Source: Eledone cirrhosa (taxonomy: Eukaryota). From it: a stretch of 64,000 nt of DNA. Of this stretch, positions 1 to 12,000 are shown one piece after another. Positions within the stretch are counted from its first letter, which is position 1; each line of letters opens with the position of its first letter. The notes under the pieces are model-generated. The model saw only the letters and a program-made list of their open reading frames with translations. It searched no databases and was not told the origin of the DNA. The translations under genes and the position numbers were made by a program. The stretch covers positions 31,372,001 through 31,436,000 of the forward strand of contig OZ024755.1 of the NCBI GenBank assembly GCA_964016885.1. Reading direction: 5' to 3'.

Positions 1-3000
1 TTCTGAAGGACTTGTACCCCATGTATGGGATGTGTAGCAACCTTCTGAAGGACTTGTACCCCATGTATGGGATGTGTAGCAACCTTCTGAAGGACTTGTA
101 CCCCATGTATGGGATGTGTAGCAACCTTCTGAAGGAGTTGTACCCCATGTATGGGATGTGTAGCAACCTTCTGAAGGACGTGTACCCCATGTATGGGATG
201 TGTAGCAACCTTCTGAAGGACTTGTACCCCATGTATGGGATGTGTAGCAACCATCTGAAGGACTTGTACCCCATGTATGGGATGTGTAGCAACCTTCTGA
301 AGGACTTGTACCCATGTATGGGATTTGTAGCAACCCTCTGAAGGACTTGTACCCATGTATGGGATTTGTAGCAACCTTCTGAAGGACTTGTACCCCATGT
401 ATGGGATGTGTAGCAACCTTCTGAAGGACTTGTACCCCATGTATGGGATGTGCAGCAACCTTCTGAAGGACTTGTACCCCATGTATGGGATGTGTAGCAA
501 CCTTCGGAATGACTTGTACCCCATGTATGGCATGTGCAGCAACCTTCTGAAGGACTTGTACCCCATGTATGGGATTTGTAGCAACCTTCTGAAGGACTTG
601 TACCCCATGTATGGGATTTGTAGCAACCTTCTGAAGGACTTGTACCCCATGTATGGGATGTGTAGCAACCTTCTGAAGGACTTGTACCCCATGTATGGGA
701 TGTGTAGCCACCTTCTGAAGCACTTGTATCCCATGAATGGGATATGTAGCAACCTTCTGAAGGACTTGTACCCCATGTATGGGATGTGTAGCAACCTTCT
801 GAAGGACTTGAACCCCATGTATGGGATGTACAGCAACCTTCTGAAGGACTTGTACCCCATGAATGGGATATGTAGCAACCTTCTGAAGGACTTGAACCCC
901 ATGTATGGGATGTACAGCAACCTTCTGAAGGACTTGTACCCCATGTATGGGATGTGTAGCAACCTTCTGAAGGACGTGTACCCCATGTATGGGATGTGTA
1001 GCAACCTTCTGAAGGACGTGTACCCCATGTATGGGATGTGTAGCAACCTTCTGAAGGACTTGTACCCCATGTATGGGATGTGTAGCAACCTTCTGAAGGA
1101 CTTGTACCCCATGTATGGGATGTGTAGCAACCTTCTGAAGGACTTGTACCCATGTATGGGATGTGCAGCAACCTTCTGAAGGACTTGTACCCCATGTATG
1201 GGATGTGTAGCAACCTTCTGAAGGACTTGTACGCCATGTATGGGATGTGCAGCAACATTCTGAAGGACTTGTACCCCATGTATGGGATGTGTAGCAACCT
1301 TCTGAAGGACTTGTACGCCATGTATGGGATGTGCAGCAACCTTCTGAAGGACTTGTACCCATGTATGGGATGTGCAGCAACCTTCTGAAGGACTTGTACC
1401 CCATGTATGGGATGTGTAGCAACCTTCTGAAGGACGTGTACCCCATGTATGGGATGTGTAGCAACCTTCTGAAGGACTTGTACCCCATGTATGGGATGTG
1501 TAGCAACCATCTGAAGGACTTGTACCCCATGTATGGGATGTGTAGCAACCTTCTGAAGGACTTGTACCCATGTATGGGATTTGTAGCAACCTTCTGAAGG
1601 ACTTGTACTCATGTATGGGATTTGTAGCAACCTTCTGAAGGACTTGTACCCCATGTATGGGATGTGTAGCAACCTTCTGAAGGACTTGTACCCCATGTAT
1701 GGGATGTGCAGCAACCTTCTGAAGGACTTGTTCCCCATGTATGGGATGTGTAGCAACCTTCTGAAGGACTTGTACCCCATGTATGGGATGTGTAGCAACC
1801 TTCGGAATGACTTGTACCCCATGTATGGCATGTGCAGCAACCTTCTGAAGGACTTGTACCCCATGTATGGGATGTGTAGCAACCTTCTGAAGGACTTGTA
1901 CCCCATGTATGGGATTTGTAGCAACCTTCTGAAGGACTTGTACCCCATGTATGGGATTTGTAGCAACCTTCTGAAGGACTTGTACCCCATGTATGGGATA
2001 TGTAGCAACCTTCTGAAGGTCTTGTACCCCATGTATGGGATATGTAGCAACCTTCTGAAGGACTTGTACCACATGTATGGGATGTGTAGCAACCTTCTGA
2101 AGGACTTGTACCCCATGTATGGGATGTGTAGCAACCTTCTGAAGGACTTGTACCCCATGTATGGGATGTGTAGCCACCTTCTGAAGCACTTGTACCCCAT
2201 GAATGGGATATGTAGCAACCTTCTGAAGGACTTGTACCCCATGTATGGGATGTGTAGCAACCTTCTGAAGGACTTGTACCCCATGTATGGGATGTGTAGC
2301 AACCTTCTGAAGGACTTGTACCCCATGTATGGGATGTGTAGCCACCTTCTGAAGCACTTGTACCCCATGAATGGGATATGTAGCAACCTTCTGAAGGACT
2401 TGTACCCCATGTATGGGATGTGTAGCAACCTTCTGAAGGACTTGTACCCCATGTATGGGATGTGCAGCAACCTTCTGAAGGACTTGTACCCCATGTATGG
2501 GATGTGCAGCAACCTTCTGAAGGACTTGTACCCCATGTATGGGATGTGTAGCAACCTTCTGAAGGACTTGTACCCCATGTATGGAATGTGTAGCAACCTT
2601 CTGAAGGACTTGTACCCCATGTATGGGATTTGTAGCAACCTTCTGAAGGACTTGTACCCCATGTATGGGATGTGCAGCAACCTTCTGAAGGACTTGTACC
2701 CCATGTATGGGACGTGTAGCAACCTTCTGAAGGACTTGTACCCATGTATGGGATTTGTAGCAACCTTCTGAAGGACTTATACCCCATGTATGGGATGTGT
2801 AGCAACCTTCTGAAGGACTTGTACCCCATGTATGGGATGTGTAGCAACCTTCTGAAGGACTTGTACCCCATGTATGGGATTTGTAGCAACCTTCTGAAGG
2901 ACTTGTACCCCATGTATGGGATGTGTAGCAACATTCTGAAGGACTTGTACCCCATGTATGGGATGTGTAGCAACCTTCTGAAGGACTTGTACCCATGTAT

Positions 3001-6000
3001 GGGATGTGCAGCAACCTTCTGAAGGACTTGTACCCCATGTATGGGATGTGCAGCAACCTTCTGAAGGACTTGTACCCCATGTATGGGATGTGTAGCAACC
3101 TTCTGACGAACTTGTACCCCATGTATGGGATGTGCAGCAACCTTCTGAAGGACTTGTACCCCATGTATGGGATGTGCAGCAACCTTCTGAAGGACTTGTA
3201 CCCCATGTATGGGATGTGCAGCAACCTTCTGAAGGAATTGTACCCCATGTATGGCATGTGTAGCAACCTTCTGAAGGACTTGTACCCCATGTATGGGATG
3301 TGTAGCAACCTTCTGACGAACTTGTACCCCATGTATGGGATGTGCAGCAACCTTCTGAAGGACTTGTACCCCATGTATGGGATGTGCAGCAACCTTCTGA
3401 AGGAATTGTACCCCATGTATGGGATGTGTAGCAACCTTCTGAAGGACTTGTACCCCATGTATGGGATGTGTAGCAACATTCTGAAGGACTTGTACCCCAT
3501 GTATGGGATGTGTAGCAACCTTCTGAAGGTCTTGTACCCCATGTATGGGATGTGTAGCAACCTTCTGAAGAACTTGTACCCCATGAATGGGATATGTAGC
3601 AACCTTCTGAAGGACTTGAACCCCATGTATGGGATGTGTAGCAACCTTCTGAAGAACTTGTACCCCATGAATGGGATATGTAGCAACCTTCTGAAGGACT
3701 TGTACCCCATGTATGGGATGTGTAGCAACCTTCTGAAGGACGTGTACCCCATGTATGGGATGTGTAGCAACCTTCTGAAGGACGTGTACCCCATGTATGG
3801 GATGTGTAGCAACCTTCTGAAGGACTTGTACCCCATGTATGGGATGTGTAGCAACCTTCTGAAGGACTTGTACCCCATGTATGGGATATATAGCAACCTT
3901 CTGAAGGACTTGTACCCCATGTATGGGATGTGTAGCAACCTTCTGAAGGACGTGTACCCCATGTATGGGATGTGTAGCAACCTTCTGAAGGACGTGTACC
4001 CCATGTATGGGATGTGTAGCAACCTTCTGAAGGACTTGTACCCCATGTATGGGATGTGTAGCAACCTTCTGAAGGACTTGTACCCCATGTATGGGATGTG
4101 TAGCAACCTTCTGAAGGACTTGTACCCATGTATGGGATGTGCAGCAACCTTCTGAAGGACTTGTACCCCATGTATGGGATGTGTAGCAACCTTCGGAATG
4201 ACTTGTACCCCATGTATGGGATGTGCAGCAACCTTCTGAAGGACTTGTACCCCATGTATGGGATTTGTAGCAACCTTCTGAAGGACTTATACCCCATGTA
4301 TGGGATGTGCAGCAACCTTCTGAAGGACTTGTACCCCATGTATGGGATGTGTAGCAACCTTCTGAAGGACTTGTACGCCATGTATGGGATGTGCAGCAAC
4401 ATTCTGAAGGACTTGTACCCCATGAATGGGATATGTAGCAACCTTCTGAAGGACTTGTACGCCATGTATGGGATGTGCAGCAACCTTCTGAAGGACTTGT
4501 ACCCCATGTATGGGATGTGTAGCAACCTTCTGAAGGACTTGTACCCCATGTATGGGATGTGTAGCAACCTTCTGAAGGACTTGTACCCCATGTATGGGAT
4601 GTGTAGCAACCTTCTGAAGGAGTTGTACCCCATGTATGGGATGTGCAGCAACCTTCTGAAGGACTTGTACCCCATGTATGGGATGTGTAGCAACCTTCGG
4701 AATGACTTGTACCCCATGTATGGCATGTGCAGCAACCTTCTGAAGGACTTGTACCCCATGTATGGGATGTGTAGCAACCTTCTGAAGGACTTGTACCCCA
4801 TGTATGGGATGTGTAGCAACCTTCTGAAGGACTTGTACCCATGTATGGGATGTGCAGCAACCTTCTGAAGGACTTGTACCCCATGTATGGGATGTGTAGC
4901 AACCTTCTGAAGGACTTGTACCCCATGTATAGGATGTGTAGCAACCTTCTGAAGGACTTGTACCCCATGTATGGGATGTGTAGCAACCTTCTGAAGGACT
5001 TGTACCCCATGTATGGGATGTGTAGCAACCTTCTGAAGGACTTGTACCCCATGTATGGGATGTGTAGCCACCTTCTGAAGCACTTGTATCCCATGAATGG
5101 GATATGTAGCAACCTTCTGAAGGACTTGTACCCCATGTATGGGATGTGTAGCAACCTTCTGAAGGACTTGTACCCCATGTATGGGATGTGCAGCAACCTT
5201 CTGAAGGACTTGTACCCCATGTATGGGATGTGTAGCAACCTTCTGAAGGACTTGTACCCCATGTATGGAATGTGTAGCAACCTTCTGAAGGACTTGTACC
5301 CCATGTATGGGATTTGTAGCAACCTTCTGAAGGACTTGTACCCCATGTATGGGATGTGCTGCAACCTTCTGAAGGACTTGTACCCCATGTATGGGACGTG
5401 TAGCAACCTTCTGAAGGACTTGTACCCATGTATGGGATTGGTAGCAACCTTCTGAAGGACTTATACCCCATGTATGGGATGTGTAGCAACCTTCTGAAGG
5501 ACTTGTACCCCATGTATGGGATGTGTAGCAACCTTCTGAAGGACTTGTACCCCATGTATGGGATTTGTAGCAACCTTCTGAAGGACTTGTACCCCATGTA
5601 TGGGATGTGTAGCAACATTCTGAAGGACTTGTACCCCATGTATGGGATGTGTAGCAACCTTCTGAAGGACTTGTACCCATGTATGGGATGTGCAGCAACC
5701 TTCTGAAGGACTTGTACCCCATGTATGGGATGTGCAGCAACCTTCTGAAGGACTTGTACCCCATGTATGGGATGTGTAGCAACCTTCTGACGAACTTGTA
5801 CCCCATGTATGGGATGTGCAGCAACCTTCTGAAGGACGTGTACCCCATGTATGGGATGTGTAGCAACCTTCTGAAGGACGTGTACCCCATGTATGGGATG
5901 TGTAGCAACCTTCTGAAGGACTTGTACCCCATGTATGGGATGTGTAGCAACCTTCTGAAGGACTTGTACCCCATGTATGGGATGTGTAGCAACCTTCTGA

Positions 6001-9000
6001 AGGACTTGTACCCATGTATGGGATGTGCAGCAACCTTCTGAAGGACTTGTACCCCATGTATGGGATGTGTAGCAACCTTCGGAATGACTTGTACCCCATG
6101 TATGGGATGTGCAGCAACCTTCTGAAGGACTTGTACCCCATGTATGGGATTTGTAGCAACCTTCTGAAGGACTTATACCCCATGTATGGGATGTGCAGCA
6201 ACCTTCTGAAGGACTTGTACCCCATGTATGGGATGTGTAGCAACCTTCTGAAGGACTTGTACGCCATGTATGGGATGTGCAGCAACATTCTGAAGGACTT
6301 GTACCCCATGAATGGGATATGTAGCAACCTTCTGAAGGACTTGTACGCCATGTATGGGATGTGCAGCAACCTTCTGAAGGACTTGTACCCCATGTATGGG
6401 ATGTGTAGCAACCTTCTGAAGGACTTGTACCCCATGTATGGGATGTGTAGCAACCTTCTGAAGGACTTGTACCCCATGTATGGGATGGGTAGCAACCTTC
6501 TGAAGGAGTTGTACCCCATGTATGGGATGTGTAGCAACCTTCTGAAGGACTTGTACCCTATGTATGGGATGTGTAGCAACCTTCTGAAGGACTTGTACCC
6601 ATGTATGGGATGTGCAGCAACCTTCTGAAGGACTTGTACCCCATGTATGGGATGTGTAGCAACCTTCTGAAGGACGTGTAACCCATGTATGGGATGTGTA
6701 GCAACCTTCTGAAGGACTCGTACCCCATGTATGGGATGTGTAGCAACCATCTGAAGGACTTGTACCCCATGTATGGGATGTGTAGCAACCTTCTGAAGGA
6801 CTTGTACCCATGTATGGGATTTGTAGCAACCTTCTGAAGGACTTGTACCCATGTATGGGATTTGTAGCAACCTTCTGAAGGACTTGTACCCCATGTATGG
6901 GATGTGTAGCAACCTTCTGAAGGACTTGTACCCCATGTATGGGATGTGCAGCAACCTTCTGAAGGACTTTTACCCCATGTATGGGATGTGTAGCAACCTT
7001 CGGAATGACTTGTACCCCATGTATGGCATGTGCAGCAACCTTCTGAAGGACTTGTACCCCATGTATGGGATTTGTAGCAACCTTCTGAAGGACTTGTACC
7101 CCATGTATGGGATTTGTAGCAACCTTCTGAAGGACTTGTACCCCATGTATGGGATGTGTAGCAACCTTCTGAAGGACTTGTACCCCATGTATGGGATGTG
7201 TAGCAACCTTCTGAAGAACTTGTACCCCATGTATGGGATATGTAGCAACCTTCTGAAGGACTTGTACCCCATGTATGGGATGTGTAGCAACCTTCTGAAG
7301 GACTTGTACCCCATGTATGGGATGTGTAGCCACCTTCTGAAGCACTTGTACCCCATGAATGGGATATGTAGCAACCTTCTGAAGGACTTGTACCCCATGT
7401 ATGGGATATGTAGCAACCTTCTGAAGGTCTTGTACCCCATGTATGGGATATGTAGCAACCTTCTGAAGGACTTGTACCCCATGTATGGGATGTGTAGCAA
7501 CCTTCTGAAGGACTTGTACCCCATGTATGGGATGTGTAGCCACCTTCTGAAGCACTTGTACCCCATGAATGGGATATGTAGCAACCTTCTGAAGGACTTG
7601 TACCCCATGTATGGGATGTGTAGCAACCTTCTGAAGGACGTGTACCCCATGTATGGGATGTGTAGCAACCTTCTGAAGGACTCGTACCCCATGTATGGGA
7701 TGTGTAGCAACCATCTGAAGGACTTGTACCCCATGTATGGGATGTGTAGCAACCTTCTGAAGGACTTGTACCCATGTATGGGATTTGTAGCAACCTTCTG
7801 AAGGACTTGTACCCATGTATGGGATTTGTAGCAACCTTCTGAAGGACTTGTACCCCATGTATGGGATGTGTAGCAACCTTCTGAAGGACTTGTACCCATG
7901 TATGGGATTTGTAGCAACCTTCTGAAGGACTTGTACCCATGTATGGGATTTGTAGCAACCTTCTGAAGGACTTGTACCCCATGTATGGGATGTGCAGCAA
8001 CCTTCGGAATGACTTGTACCCCATGTATGGGATTTGTAGCAACCTTCTGAAGGACTTGTACCCATGTATGGGATTTGTAGCAACCTTCTGAAGGACTTGT
8101 ACCCATGTATGGGATTTGTAGCAACCTTCTGAAGGACTTGTACCCCATGTATGGGATGTGCAGCAACCTTCGGAATGACTTGTACCCCATGTATGGGATG
8201 TGTAGCAACCTTCTGAAGGACTTGTACCCATGTATGGGATTTGTAGCAACCTTCTGAAGGACTTGTACCCATGTATGGGATTTGTAGCAACCTTCTGAAG
8301 GACTTGTACCCCATGTATGGGATGTGCAGCAACCTTCGGAATGACTTGTACCCCATGTATGGGATTTGTAGCAACCTTCTGAAGGACTTGTACCCCATGT
8401 ATGGGATGTGTAGCAACCTTCTGATGGACTTGTACCTCATGAATGGGATATGTAGCAACCTTCTGAAGGACTTGTACGCCATGTATGGGATGTGCAGCAA
8501 CCTTCTGAAGGACTTGTACCTCATGAATGGGATATGTAGCAACCTTCTGATGGACTTGTACCCCATGTATGGGATGTGTAGCAACCATCTGAAGGACTTG
8601 TACCCCATGTATGGGATGTGTAGCAACCTTCTGAAGGACTTGTACGCCATGTATGGGATGTGCAGCAACCTTCTGAAGGACTTGTACCTCATGAATGGGA
8701 TATGTAGCAACCTTCTGATGGACTTGTACCTCATGAATGGGATATGTAGCAACCTTCTGAAGGACTTGTACGCCATGTATGGGATGTGCAGCAACCTTCT
8801 GAAGGACTTGTACCTCATGAATGGGATATGTAGCAACCTTCTGAAGGACTTGTACCTCATGAATGGGATATGTAGCAACCTTCTGAAGGACTTGTACGCC
8901 ATGTATGGGATGTGCAGCAACATTCTGAAGGACTTGTACCTCATGAATGGGATATGTAGCAACCTTCTGATGGACTTGTACCCCATGTATGGGATGTGTA

Positions 9001-12000
9001 GCAACCTTCTGAAGGATTGTACCCCATGTATGGGATGTGTAGCAACCTTCTGAAGGACTTGTACCCCATGTATGGGATGTGTAGCAACCTTCTGAAGGAC
9101 TTGTACCCCATGTATGGGATGTGTAGCAACCTTCTGAAGGACTTGTACCCCATGTATGGGATGTGTAGCAACCTTCTGAAGGACTTGTACCCCATGTATG
9201 GGATGTGCAGCAACATTCTGAAGGACTTGTACCTCATGAATGGGATATGTAGCAACCTTCTGAAGGACTTGTACGCCATGTATGGGATGTGCAGCAACAT
9301 TCTGAAGGACTTGTACCTCATGAATGGGATATGTAGCAACCTTCTGATGGACTTGTACCCCATGTATGGGATGTGTAGCAACCTTCTGAAGGATTGTACC
9401 CCATGTATGGGATGTGTAGCAACCTTCTGAAGGACTTGTACCCCATGTATGGGATGTGTAGCAACCTTCTGAAGGACTTGTACCCCATGTATGGGATGTG
9501 TAGCAACCTTCTGAAGGACTTGTACCCCATGTATGGGATGTGTAGCAACCTTCTGAAGGACTTGTACCCCATGTATGGGATGTGTAGCAACCTTCTGAAG
9601 GACTTGTACCCCATGTATGGGATGTGTAGCCACCTTCTGAAGCACTTGTACCCCATGAATGGGATATGTAGCAACCTTCTGAAGGACTTGTACCCCATGT
9701 ATGGGATGTGTAGCAACCTTCTGAAGGACTTGTACCCCATGTATGGGATGTGCAGCAACCTTCTGAAGGACTTGTACCCCATGTATGGGATGTGCAGCAA
9801 CCTTCTGAAGGACTTGTACCCCATGTATGGGATGTGCAGCAACCTTCTGCAGGACTTGTACCCCATGTATGGGATGTGCAGCAACCTTCTGAAGGACTTG
9901 TACCCCATGTATGGGATGTGTAGCAACCTTCTGAAGGACTTGTACCCCATGTATGGGATGTGTAGCCACCTTCTGAAGCACTTGTACCCCATGAATGGGA
10001 TATGTAGCAACCTTCTGAAGGACTTGTACCCCATGTATGGGATGTGTAGCCACCTTCTGAAGCACTTGTACCCCATGAATGGGATATGTAGCAACCTTCT
10101 GAAGGACTTGTACCCCATGTATGGGATGTGTAGCAACCTTCTGAAGGACTTGTACTCCATGTATGGGATGTGCAGCAACCTTCTGAAGGACTTGTACCCC
10201 ATGTATGGGATGTGCAGCAACCTTCTGAAGGACTTGTACCCCATGTATGGGATGTGTAGCAACCTTCTGAAGGACTTGTACCCCATGTATGGGATGTGTA
10301 GCAACCTTCTGAAGGACTTGTACCCCATGTATGGGATTTGTAGCAACCTTCTGAAGGACTTGTACCCCATGTATGGGATGTGCAGCAACCTTCTGAAGGA
10401 CTTGTACCCCATGTATGGGACGTGTAGCAACCTTCTGAAGGACTTGTACCCATGTATGGGATTTGTAGCAACCTTCTGAAGGACTTATACCCCATGTATG
10501 GGATGTGTAGCAACCTTCTGAAGGACTTGTACCCCATGTATGGGATGTGTAGCAACCTTCTGAAGGACTTGTACCCCATGTATGGGATGTGTAGCAACCT
10601 TCGGAATGACTTGTACCCCATGTATGGGATGTGTAGCAACATTCTGAAGGACTTGTACCCCATGAATGGGATGTGTAGCAACCTTCTGAAGGACGTGTAC
10701 CCCATGTATGGGATGTGTAGCAACCTTCTGAAGGACGTGTACCCCATGTATGGGATGTGTAGCAAACTTCTGAAGGACTTGTACCCCATGTATGGGATGT
10801 GTAGCAACCTTCTGAAGGACTTGTACCCCATGTATGGGATGTGTAGCAACCTTCTGAAGGACTTGTACCCATGTATGGGATGTGCAGCAACCTTCTGAAG
10901 GACTTGTACCCCATGTATGGTATGTGTAGCAACCTTCGGAATGACTTGTACCCCATGTATGGGATGTGCAGCAACATTCTGAAGGACTTGTACCCCATGT
11001 ATGGGATTTGAAGCAACCTTCTGAAGGACTTGTACCCCATGTATGGGATGTGCAGCAACCTTCTGAAGGACTTGTACCCCATGTATGGGATGTGTAGCAA
11101 CCTTCTGAAGGACTTGTACGCCATGTATGGGATGTGCAGCAACATTCTGAAGGACTTGTACCCCATGAATGGGATATGTAGCAACCTTCTGAAGGACTTG
11201 TACGCCATGTATGGGATGTGCAGCAACCTTCTGAAGGACTTGTACCCCATGTATGGGATGTGTAGCAACCTTCTGAAGGACTTGTACCCCATGTATGGGA
11301 TGTGTAGCAACCTTCTGAAGGTCTTGTACCCCATGTATGGGATGTGTAGCAACCTTCTGAAGGAGTTGTACCCCATCTATGGGATGTGTAGCAACCTTCT
11401 GAAGGACTTGTACCCTATGTATGGGATGTGTAGCAACCTTCTGAAGGACTTGTACCCATGTATGGGATGTGCAGCAACCTTCTGAAGGACTTGTACCCCA
11501 TGTATGGGATGTGTAGCAACCTTCTGAAGGACTTGTACCCCATGTATGGGATATGTAGCAACCTTCTGAAGGTCTTGTACCCCATGTATGGGATATGTAG
11601 CAACCTTCTGAAGGACTTGTACGCCATGTATGGGATGTGCAGCAACATTCTGAAGGACTTGTACCTCATGAATGGGATATGTAGCAACCTTCTGATGGAC
11701 TTGTACGCCATGTATGGGATGTGCAGCAACCTTCTGAAGGATTGTACCCCATGTATGGGATTTGTAGCAACCTTCTGAAGGACTTGTACCCCATGTATGG
11801 GATGTGTAGCAACCTTCTGAAGGACTTGTACCCCATGTATGGGATGTGTAGCAACCTTCTGAAGGACTTGTACCCCATGTATGGGATGTGCAGCAACCTT
11901 CTGAAGGACTTGTACCCCATGTATGGGATGTGTAGCAACCTTCTGAAGGACTTGTACCCCATGTATGGAATGTGTAGCAACCTTCTGAAGGACTTGTACC

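Noticed and set aside
5-23. GAAGGA followed by ATG as a ribosome-binding site and start codon in every monomer
   Set aside because: It is a short chance motif within a satellite, with no evidence of prokaryotic gene context.
18-51. Intrinsic terminators or structured ncRNA/tRNA from the hairpins
   Set aside because: The stems are only 5 bp with 1-2 nt centres, with no U-tract or cloverleaf, and I saw no consistent compensatory changes.
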